From Marsupella aquatica (lineage: Eukaryota; Plantae; Marchantiophyta), in assembly GCA_973895155.1 (NCBI GenBank), contig OZ316892.1, positions 30,605,328-30,669,327 on the forward strand: a stretch of DNA of 64,000 nucleotides, in the 5' to 3' direction. The notes below the pieces were generated by a model. It had not been told where the DNA came from and did not search any database. It saw only the letters and a list, made by a program, of their open reading frames with translations. Numbering within the stretch: the stretch's first letter is position 1; every line of letters begins with the position of its first letter. The translations under genes and the position numbers were made by a program. Of this stretch, positions 27,830-38,592 are shown one piece after another.

Positions 27830-28399
27830 CTACCACATCAAATACGGATACCAATCCTGTTGTCGATGCCACTCAGCCCTGAGGTACTCAGGCATGTACA
27901 TTAAGTCATCAAGGTCTAAACCCTGCTCATGCCATGGTGGTCTTCGATCCGTGCCTACAAGCAGTGGCAGCAGTGCCCTCCATGGTGCACATGTTGCTAC
28001 CAAGTCCCTCCACTGGGTACTAATTAGTCTATATTTGCAGATATCTTGTGCGCCAGATACCACAAGAACCCTTGGCCAGACATGTGTAAGAACTATATCA
28101 TCTGCCAAATCAGGCAACAAGGAACCACCTACAGCATCGTGCTTGTCTAACTCATCTGCTGAAAAGTAAATGTCCTCTTCCGACTGTGCATCCTCATTCA
28201 CCACAGCATTCACAACACATCCAAGGTCTGCAGGCATTATCTCGGATGGAGCTACACTCTGTCTGGTTACCAATCCACACAAGTAAGCCCAAGCAGTAGC
28301 CATGCACGATGCAACCCGTAGGAGGACCCTACATAGGGCCTGACGGTCTGGAAGAGGCAGCATACCCACCAAAGTCTTCAGCCAAACAGAGCCCAGCAA
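27830..28399 (-). pseudogene. F-box-like ORF within CACTA
   Basis: LLPDLADDIVLTHVWPRV...ICKYRLISTQWRDLV resembles the plant F-box consensus (LP.L.DD.....l.R...R.Vs..WR.l). The start is unclear. Confidence 0.55.
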
Positions 28400-28539
28400 G
28401 TAGATTCACAGTCACACCCCACGCAGCAGGAAACAACAATCACTTCAACTGCGACCAACCATGACAAGATGAGTTAGTTCAAGGATCACATTTATTACAA
28501 AATTGTGATTTATACAAAAATATGAGGGACTCCTACTCC

Positions 28540-29387
28540 TCACTCTCTCCCACCTTTGCTAAGCATACATCTCCGCTGAATCTTGGAGGGCCAGGCCTCA
28601 AAAATATCAAAGTCCCAAGCATTCTGTCGCTTCCCTCTAGCTGCTGATTCCAGAAGCCAATCAGGGGAAAGCACCCAAAGATTGTTGTTCATGACAAAAT
28701 CACACACTGTTGTCTTAAAGAATTTTCTGCATATTTTCATGTATGACAGACCTACAACATGAGTGGAGGTTTCTGTTAGACTCTCCTCCACTGTCCCACC
28801 TAGCTCAACAACTATAGACTTGTACAATCTGCACTTAGTCTCCCCAATTCCTTCTTCTGCAAATACCACACTGAACCCCTTCATAATGGTATTCTCTCCT
28901 TGCCATGCTCATTCAATATAGCATCTGCACGCATAGGATGGTGTCCTATGTTGACAACAGGTCCATATTGGACAGAAGCAAAGTTGGGTTTCTCTGCCGC
29001 TGCTTCATAGGCTTCCTTTTCAGCCAAAGCCTCTGTAGTGGCCTCCTTACTCTCCCACAACTCATATTGCTCAGTACTCTGTACACACCTATGTTTAACA
29101 GAATCGGTCAGCCAAGAGACTTCAACTACTTTTAGACCTTGGTTGGTAATGGCAGAATCAATGAAGGACCATGACCACTTGTTCATCACATCCAGCCATG
29201 TCCCCGCAACAACATGTGTAGTCTGTGGAGTGATGTCCTTGACTTCAGTCCCATGGAACTCTGAGAATCATTTTTGTACGATTGGCCAACTCACTTGGGT
29301 GAACCCATAGTGGCCAGGAATCAAAATGGCTTTGATTCCAGCCAACAGAGGCGGGTGGTCAACCTTTGTACGTTTCCTAGAGGCCAT
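28540..29387 (-). pseudogene. Tandem BRCT-domain protein (DNA polymerase lambda BRCT-like) within CACTA
   Basis: ATG 29387 gives MASRKRTK. BRCT1 has TTHVVA...VVEVSWLTDS with a TGA at 29268-29270. The frame changes at 28881-28884. BRCT2 has LGGTVEESLTETSTHVV...VLSPDWLLES. Confidence 0.75.
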
Positions 29388-29985
29388 GTACACACGGGCC
29401 ACCTAATCACTGCAGACCGGAAGATAATGCGTTCACCTGATAATCGGAGGGCCCTTAAAATGCTGCGTTTATAACTTGGTCCAGTCTAGTCGTCTGGTGA
29501 GTCTCTGCTCCGATTCCAAACGGGAGAAATATTGGGACAAACGTACTAGACACCTGCAAGCATGCACCTCATAGTTTGAATATGTGCCTTCACAATATTG
29601 AAGGTGACAAGTGCAATTGTTTTGTGATGCCACATACAGATGTTGTAAATGGGCAGACATTCAATGAGAATACAAAATATTGGTACACTTTAAGGGAATT
29701 CTCGCAAATTAAATAGCCTTGTAACTTATATGCTCATAATGAGAAGTCCTGATTTAATTTAAGCAGTGTCATGTAAGTCGTGATCAAAATGATTGCAGAG
29801 TTAAAAAAGTTCCTAGAAGGCTTAAGGGGAGTTTTTGAAGGCATGTACCCAGGAACAAGTAATGAACTTAGGGTACTTGTTGCCTAAGCATCCTCTCCTA
29901 CAGAGGTCCTTCTTCTCAAAATTGGAATGTCTGCAATCTCCAAGGTATCCACATCAGGTGCACTATGCATGTACATTATTCAGGT

Positions 29986-30664
29986 TCAAAGCCAAGAAAT
30001 GTGATCTCTCATGGGAGTGTGCAAAGTAGGATCTATGGCATGGCGATGACAATAGAAGATCCATCGATCAACACCATGTGCAGAGTGATCATAGATGTGT
30101 CTGTCACAAGCATAGCCTTCTGCTTGACGCTCCTTCAAACAATGAAAGTGCCACATGGTGGGACACCTAACAGTGGACTATGTCCACCCAGAAATCTTCA
30201 TCGTGCTGACCACATGCCTTGCACTTATGAAGTGGGCAAGCTGTGGCAAGATCGGGCAAACATGAAAAACAAAAGAACCTCACACAATATCTGTCAGGGC
30301 ATTTCCTAACAAGTGGTGGAGCATCAACAGAGCCCTCATAAGACCCCAACTTCCCACACTGTGCACACTTAGCCTGCTTCTCCAAACAATCAGTGCACAT
30401 CCAGCCTCCCTGGTGTGCTGACGGGAGGCCCACCCCTGGACAGTTGTTTTCTGCAGCAAGGACAGACTCCGGGTTGAGGTGGAAATGCCTCATGCAAGGG
30501 CCCTCACATATGGCTAAGCCACCACCATCGTCACAAATGGCACAACAATGAGCTGCCTTCTGGAAAATCTGACTTGCGGAGAAGTTACTACCATCTGGCC
30601 CAACTACACCTGTGTTGCTCACCTCTGTCCCCCGCTTCTTGGCTCGGATTTTAGGGCGTGCCAT
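29986..30664 (-). pseudogene. EDM2-type composite PHD finger protein within CACTA (one frameshift)
   Basis: CAICDDGG...CEGPCMRHFH...CTDC...CAQCGKLGS...CPLHKCKAC. After a shift at ~30170 it continues RCPTMWHFHCL...WIFYCHRHAIDPTLHTPMRDHISWL*, matching the EDM2 pattern CRRCPKSYHRKCL...LIYCxxHEID...TPxRDH as recalled. Confidence 0.8.
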
Positions 30665-31333
30665 GCCTACGCATGAGATAGATAGTACAATTTAGCAGAG
30701 TGCACAGACAATACAATTTAGTGTAGTGTACAAAAAGTACAGTGTAGCATATAGACTAGAGTGGCAATTGCTACTACAATGAAATGTTCACACACATGTG
30801 CAGAGTAGACATACTTTTTGGTTTGTTGAGCCCACACTAAAAACTGATCCCCTCGTACAATAGCTCCACCTACACCTCAATTTTGTGGCTATGATTCACC
30901 AAAGGAGATCTGCAACAAGATTTAATGCATTTGAATCACATATAACAGTCGTGACATGTAAAACAGGCATTTTTTGAACAGGATTGGTATCAAGCACTGT
31001 GATCAGGGTTGTAATTTATACATCCTAAATAGGCTATGATAGTGAATGAGACAAATAAGTTAGGCAGAAATCACTTTTTCCAGGTTATCACATGGCCCAT
31101 TAATTCGAGTCTTTGAAAGGAGACTTTTAAGTGAGCTTGCTAGCCTCTTAAATTAGGATATTGTACTTAGTGCAGCCATAATAGGATAAGTTATGTACTG
31201 TTGACCCTAAACCCTGGACCCAAAATTGGTCATAATTCAAAATCTTAAGTAAATATCCTCTCTGTTCAAGTCAAAGTGTTAAGTTATAGGTCAATGGTCT
31301 CTGGTTTGTGCATGCGGTGTGACAAGTGGTCCT

Positions 31334-31783
31334 CTAGAGCGTGTGATCCAAACATGTGTAGACACCAAAGTGACCGGTGGTGGGGTCTGGGAGGGCAGGA
31401 CAAGTGACATCGCCAGGCACACTACAGGATGGCGAGTGGTTCCAGATGATACATTGTGCTCTGTGAAAAAACCGACATCCAAGAGAACGGTCATCCAACT
31501 CTAGGCCAGAAGCCCTACAGGCAGGACAGTCATATTGGCAACTGTGCACACACCCTTGGGCCCTAATTTGTGGCGGGTCATGTACTAGAGACAGAAATAC
31601 CAAGGATGTTGGGAAGGGTGGAGAAGCAGGTACAGGCCGGCTGTAGTTGTTCCTGGCAACAACTGGGTACTCAAAGTACCATGCAGACTGGGCTGGAAGG
31701 ATCCCAAGTCTGACATACTCAAGGCGCAACATCTCTGCCTTGCGTGCAAGCCGCACATGTTCAGCGTTGCGGGTCCTCACCAT
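31334..31783 (-). CDS. Small Cys/His-rich ORF of unknown function within CACTA
   Basis: 149-aa ATG-initiated frame, co-oriented with the other cargo, containing CVHSCQYDCPAC...CRFFH...C...H...C. Confidence 0.35.
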   Translation of the reverse strand: MVRTRNAEHVRLARKAEMLRLEYVRLGILPAQSAWYFEYPVVARNNYSRPVPASPPFPTSLVFLSLVHDPPQIRAQGCVHSCQYDCPACRASGLELDDRSLGCRFFHRAQCIIWNHSPSCSVPGDVTCPALPDPTTGHFGVYTCLDHTL

Positions 31784-34700
31784 AAGTGTTGCTTTTGTGG
31801 AGATGTCGTGTGTTCACGTCCTCTGATAAGCACCTTCGATCAGCAAGGTGAGCAGGAGCTGTACTTGCCTCACCAACAGCAACCAACCTTAAATTATCAG
31901 TTCCCACTCACTGTGTCATTCCATTGGTTCCAGCTAGGGGTCACAGTGTAAACATAGCATGAAACACTCCTAATCAACTTGCTTACAAACTACAATATCC
32001 AGAAAGAGTGAAAGTCTCACCCTCCAGTGAGCAGCAGAGTGGTAGTTCAGTAGATGTGTTGATGTGCAGTTAAACCTCCACTATTGCTTACTTCTGGTGT
32101 ATGCTGCTCAGAAGAAGACATATTAGTAGCAGCAAATTGCAAATAATGGCCATAAGCAAACCGTGAGAGTTTGCAGAATGCTACGACAAATCCATCACAG
32201 CAGTGCTCCACAGGAATGAAACCAAGCAAAATTTGGTGACCTCGGCCAATGACAAGGCCAATGTAGTGAACAATCCTTGACCGATCAGGATATGGATTGG
32301 AATTACAATTAGTCAGCTCTTCTTCTTTGTTTTCTAACTCTGGGGGAAATGAGCATGACCAGGGAATTCTCTGAGAAATAGAAGAATCGCTAAGTACAGT
32401 ATTCTTAAGAGTAGTTTTGTTCTAATTCTGAAATCTACACATAGGACATTTATCATGAAAACTGAAGATCCATTTGACAACTCCATGATAGCCTATTCCG
32501 CATTGTGTCCGCTCCATGCAAGCAAGGGGTATTCATCCGAGCTTAGTCTAACCATGAATGATTGTTCTGGAAGCAGTTGCGACAATGTTTTGGTTTTTTT
32601 CTCCTATCCAACTCAATAGCTCACAAACATGGCATTGGACCCATTAACAAATTATACTTGCCATCATTCTCAACTGTATTACATGGCCCACACTGCTGAC
32701 ATCCCTGACTCTTAAGGGAAACTCATCTCCTGGGCCAACAACATCTCAGATTCTACAAAAATGAGAAACTGTGAAAACTTCTTGATCTCCTATCCTGTGA
32801 TTGTAGCATGTATGATTTGCTGGGACTGCAGGCAGTTCTGGACCTTGCTGCGCTTTATATACAACAACAACCTGAGCTCCATGAATTTGTTTTTAATAGA
32901 CGTGCGTTTGACCACGGCTACAACTCCAAAACAATCACCAAATCAAATCATAACAAAACCCACTCGAAAGCTGAACACTAGAACACTGGGAACACACTCA
33001 AACAGGTTCTGCAAGGATGGCTCTCTGTCGGATCGGCTAGAGAATCAGGCAGGCTTCCTATATATGGTCTGCTCAGAGCCTTCCACTCTGGATTAGACTC
33101 TGAATCCAAATGCGAGTCTACGCTTTCCGTTGCTGGTCACAACGACGGGCAATCAGGATGATGCCATGCCGAGTAGAAGAACAAGAAAGCATTCCATAAA
33201 AGGCACTGAGATGAACCGTATAGTAAAAGTGGTAGTACTTCCGGTAGCACGACCGACTCGCTATGTGACAGTCCGAAGAAAAGCTAAAAGGCTGAAAGGC
33301 GATAGATTTTGTGCTCAATGTGACAGGTTTTTTGAAATGATCAAGCCAAGGTGCAAAGGAAAACTGATTGAAGGTGACATGGGAAAGTTGTCAATGCAGG
33401 AGAAACTCTTGCCTTAGAGTAACCGTGTAACCAGGTAACAATGCAGGAGAAACTCTTGCCTTAGAGTGCTCGACGCTCCTTCAGCTGGATAGGGGCAACT
33501 CCAACTACACGGTCTGGTCCAATCACCGCCTGCTTTGTTACAAGAAGGTGGACTAAGCCACAGCTGATGTCAATCACACTGTAAAAAATGGACAGATGAG
33601 CCATGTCACGAAAGCATATATAGTCATTCCTCAATATTAAATGAGACTATGAGAGGGCATATATAAGTTCACGACTAGGAAAGAGTCTCACCTTGTAGCA
33701 CGGAGATTCTCAAAGCGCACCAAGATGAATCATTGTAGCAGGTGAATGTTGGGCGGTGTCATGTAAGGCGCAAATCAATAGCTCGCTACCTCCTGTCTCC
33801 CCGTCTGTCTCCCGTGCACTTCTGCCTCCCCGTCCGGCTTCCCGTCTGTCTCCCACGTACTTAAATTGAAGTTTTAACAAAAACTGTCAACACCAAGTGC
33901 AGCAAATGCCAACATATTCACACGGCAGAGCATAAAAGTAGTCACAGTTCATGAATCAGTTCCCTATCAAATCATGGGCACTACGCCGAGCACTGCGCAA
34001 GAGACTAGGATAGACACTGCAAACATGGGGACTTTTGTTTGGCAAGAAATCTGGACATCAAACCTTCAACAATGGCAACAGGAAGCATTACATCAAACGA
34101 GAGGACATCAAATGAGCAGTCCGGTTATAGGCAAACGGCGACTGACATAGCGGAGGGAAAAAATGCGCATTGACATAGCGGACATGCGCACATTGACATA
34201 GCGGAGGGGAGAAAAACTACAAAGCCAACTAACCTTTTTAAGGCCCACAATTTCAAGGGGAGGGACAAAGAGAGCAAGCACTCCAATCTCTTCAATCCCT
34301 TCTGCAAGTAGCCGCCAAAATCTACTTCTTGGGGTCCAGCCCACGGATGGAGATCATGCAAGGTGGTCAATCACAGTAAGTGCAATCGTTGCAATCCACA
34401 AACAAGCTGCAAATGAAGACACGCAGGAGGGAAAGTCCGCAACACCAACAACATTACCCTTTGTAAAACCCCGAGCTTATCTTCTAGTTGCCAACGCTCA
34501 AACAAAACCTGCTCGGACACTACCAAAACCCTAATTCCATAAGCTCTCACCTTTGCGACACAACTCCTGCACTATATTCAGCTGGCGTTGGCCCACTCTA
34601 AGCTCCCAAGCTTCACTTTAGTCCGCGCCGTGACTAAAGTTTCACTGCCTCTGTGAGCTTCGCAGTCCACCTTACAGATCGAACAAAGCAATCACCTCCC

Positions 34701-35847
34701 TTCACATCCGCACTAATCACCTTTCGCAAAGAGTTGCAATCACCTTCCGCAATACCAGGAAGCTTGCTCCCTCTCGTTCAATGCCTTCTGCAGCATGAGC
34801 GATCACCTCTGCCGAAGCAACTTCAATCGAACACACAGCAACGGGGCGGGCAGTGACAACATTGACAGTGAACGTTGGACTCTACTCAAACAACCTCAAA
34901 GCTGTCACAAAAGAACGAGGAAACATTGAGGCAGAAAACAAAGTCCCTAGCGCCAGGCAACCAAAGTATCGGGAAACCAAAGGATCGGGACCAAAGGAAG
35001 GGACGACATGCCATTCCAACAACGGGAAGGGGGAACGGGACGCGGGAACGGGCAATTTTTTGATGGTGGGGATGGATGCCAACGATCCAATGGTCCCTAA
35101 ACCCCCATCCCCTTAACATGCAACCCCCGACCCTTCACATCAAACCCCCCCTTAACCCCCTTTAGTGAAAACCCAGCCACCCCCTAGCCTTGACATATAA
35201 ACCCCCTAATGTGCTTAGGACAACTCGACTGTGGCCACACTATGTTTGCAATGCCAGGGTCATCCATTTAGAGCGCCGCTTGCAAGCTTTGGCTCTCAAG
35301 ATCCTCCCAAGGCAGCAAACAAGTTAGGGTTCACGGTCCATGTTCCTTTACCCTAAACCGTTGCGTCACTATTTCAATCGAGTGTTCTTCGGCTGGACGT
35401 GCCCCTTTACTGACCCACACCCCCTTGAGACCGGTACAAATCTACCTTTGTGCATCTCGGCCTTTTATAGATGGATTTAGTAATGGCCAAGAATATGTTG
35501 ACCATCCCTCTGTAGTCCACCCTCCATGAACCTCACTTCATTAAACCCAAAATCTTTTTGGTCACAAAATAAGGCCATTTAATGAGTTATGCCCCTTGCT
35601 ATCACCCTCTTTATAGAATTACCCCTCCTCAGCATAAGTGGTCATTACCCATGATGTGCTAGACTATTCATCCTTCACAAAGTAGCAAGGTTACTTTTCA
35701 TAGTCTTTTAGTGAACCATAAAACACTAATAGTCTTTTGTAGTCTTCAACAAAACCGGTGCAATGGGTATGAGTTGTTTTAAGTATGGAAAAAGGACTTA
35801 GTGGGCTTAGTCCTATAAGGTATGGTCTAAATTGCCCCGGTTTCTAC

Positions 35848-36316
35848 CTATCCAAATGGCAGAGAGGGATCAACCCTATCCAAATGGCGGATAGGGATCA
35901 TCCCCATCCAAATGGTGGACAAAGATCATCTCTATCCAAACGGTGGACAGGGATCATCCCTATCCAAATGGTGGACAGGGATCATCCCTATCCAAAAGCC
36001 GGACAAGGATCATCCCCATCCAAACGTTGGACAGGGATCTCTGCCAAAATGATGGATAGTGTCTATCACGGCGGACAGGGATCATCCCTATCCAAATGGC
36101 GGACAAGGATCATCCCTATCCAAAGGATGGACAGGGATCATCCCTATCCAAAATCCGGACAGGGATCATCCCCATCCAAACGGTGGACAGGGATAATCTC
36201 TATCCAAACGGTGGACAGACATCATTCTTATCCAAAATCTGGACAGGGATCATCCATATCCAAACAGTGGACAGGGATCATCCCTATCCAAAAGCCGGAC
36301 AGGGATCATCCCCACC
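35848..36316. repeat. 28-bp quasi-palindromic tandem repeat array, right part
   Basis: About 16 copies of GGACAGGGATCATCCCTATCCAAANNNN, continuing the 19135-19653 array and cut by TGTCAC at 36317. Confidence 0.92.
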
Positions 36317-37400
36317 TGTCACGCGATTGACATGGGTCTTAACACCAAAAACGTCACTATGGGTGTCAAAACCATCTCCTTGTACCTGAGGATCACGAAG
36401 GGATGTTGTGAAGGCCGGTAAACACCAATTTATGCCCTTAACACCAAACTAGATCATAGCCAGACTCCATCACACATCACCCAAGCTCAATCCCAAGGAA
36501 CCAAGGTTGGGGATCAGGTCTACGCTCATGATAGTTCTAGTGAGAAGGGGTCTTCATATCGGGCCCGTACACACAGGGCCTAGCGCTACGGTGCGCACAG
36601 GTCTATACGTATGCTATGGTGCGTCCCATGGCTCCCTAAACCCAAGAAACCCCCCAGCTCAAGCCGATTCCCGCAGGTTTCGCGCTTGGCGAGGCCGTTT
36701 CCGCGGCTTAGCGGCATGGGACGCTGCTAACCTTCTACTACTACTATTAACATTTTACACACATATACTGGACAGATCCTTCATCGGGTCATGAGATACG
36801 TAGCCGGCCTAATCTAGGCCTTCCCCTGTCTTCCCCTCCGTCTTGTTAGGTATGTTTGGATTCCGCCGCCGGAATGATCCCCAATAGGCTTGGTTAAGCC
36901 GCTAAGACCTCTCTCAGCTCGACACATCCAACTCTCACTCCCCTGCTTACTTTCCTTCCCTTTGGTTGATGTGGGCACTCTTCACACAAGTTAATGCGAC
37001 ACACAAATAGCAAAATGACTCATTCTGACTGAGTCATACCATGCACTTGCCATACAAACAGTACATCTCATACACAAGTTCTGCGAACTAAGCCGTGAGG
37101 CCAACTCTATTCAGCTCTTAGGCATGAGGAAACATGAATATACACAAGGGTCACTGTATGACTAACCGAGAGCTTCTCGTACTACTTGATCCCAGCCCGG
37201 CTGGTGCAAACTAAAAACTTGCTAAAGAAGAGGCCCTGAGCTCCCCGCTGCCCAGGTACTTATCCTGGCAGTGGATCCGCCATTCTTTGCATCGTAAGCC
37301 TAATCTACTTAACAGTAATCTACTTGCCCGAATCTACCTATGTACAGCAAGGCAGGAGCACAAGTGTTGCTCCTACCAGTGGGACCGCAATCCCACTAAG

Positions 37401-38477
37401 CTAAGTGTCAGGGCCGCTCCTGGTCCTGATCCTAATCCTAAACTTGGAGATCAGCGCCCGCCCTGCCCACTCACGCCTCCTCCCTAAAAGGAACGGCGCC
37501 CTTGCACCGTCACGACACCGGTGGTGGATCCTTAATGGACGCCCCAACGCTTCCTCCTCAGCCACTGCCGTAGGCTCATTCTCTGACAGATTACCTGCCC
37601 TTGACTGAGTCAACTCTCCATCGGCCTGACTGGGTCCACCATCGGCGTCGGCATCGGTTACGGCCTCAGCCTCGGCTACGGTCTCCCCGGCCTGCTCAAG
37701 AGGCGGATCTGGAATACCGGCCTCATTACTGAGTAGTTCGGCTTGGGCCGCACCACCCCCACCTGTGATGATAGCGGGATCTATTGCCGTATTCATGCCG
37801 GAGGATGGTGCTGGTTCTACCTCTTTGGTCACCACGGCTTGTGGAGTCGGATTACTCCTTGACCCTGAAGGTTTCCGCTTTTTCTTCTTTTCTGGTTCGG
37901 CAGCTGGTCCCTTCCCCTTCCCACTTACTTCCGGCACTGGTGCAGTTGGCGCGGCTTTTTCTTCGGCCAGTACCACTCCTGGTAACTTGGTTGCCCCAAT
38001 TGGAGTTGGGCCTGATGAAGACAAGCACTTAAATACTGCGGCTTGTTTCTTTAGCCGCTCCGTTTGGTTGTCGGCCCGCCGCTGGAGGTTCTCCATCTTC
38101 CTCGTGATTTCCTCCAACTCCTCCTGGATCTCATCCAGGTCCTTGCGTGCCTCCTCTAGTTCCTTCTGGGCTTCCTCCCGTTCTTGTTTCAAGGTAGTCC
38201 TCTCCTCCTGGGTTGCTCTTAGCTCCTTGTTGAGCTCTGCAATGATGACAGACTCCATCTGGTTCATCTTGGCGTAAGTCTGTTCGAGCATCTCGTCCTT
38301 CTCCCTTAGGTCGGCCTTGAAGCTGGCCGTCAGGGACGCAAGCTCCTGCTGCAGCGCCATAATCCCTTGATAGGATTTCCCTAACTCGGCCTCCTTCTGC
38401 TCAAGGGCTCCGCGGATTTTCTAGAGCTCCCCCTTCAACGCCCATTCCTTTCTTTGGGTCTCCGCCATGGCCCGGCT
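37401..38477 (-). pseudogene. C-terminal part of the LTR-encoded ORF in the solo LTR
   Basis: Homologous to 41245-42216. A 1-bp G deletion near 37543 removes the normal stop. Confidence 0.9.
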
Positions 38478-38592
38478 TGTGATGCCTAGACAGGAATCAC
38501 TCGGCCGGTTAAGTGGGTAAAGCAGGAAGGCACCCTAGGAACACCTTAGTATAGTGACAAAACAAGGAAAATATAAACAATTAGGGGCAACC

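Larger units (their letters stand above)
19654..35847 (-). mobile_element. CACTA (En/Spm) DNA transposon, ~16.2 kb, with accessory cargo
   Basis: Left TIR CACTAGTAGAAACCGGGGGGTATTTAGACC and right TIR GGTCTAAATTGCCCCGGTTTCTAC (terminal TAGTG missing). ACGACT/AGTCGT-type subterminal motifs. TnpD- and TnpA-type genes inside. Confidence 0.92.

Noticed and set aside
31520-31570. SET-domain NHSC motif in the Cys-rich ORF
   Set aside because: Only HSC matches. Other SET motifs (GxG, ELxxDY) are absent.
33130-33467. Basic 95-aa ORF and adjacent 29-bp direct repeat
   Set aside because: Non-ATG start, opposite strand to the cassette and no recognisable domain. The repeat is a simple local duplication.
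35848-36316. CRISPR-like array of 28-bp palindromic repeats
   Set aside because: Units are head-to-tail with no unique spacers, there are no cas genes, and the context is eukaryotic TE DNA.
35785-36389. ORFs of 181 and 97 aa
   Set aside because: They are translations of the tandem repeat.
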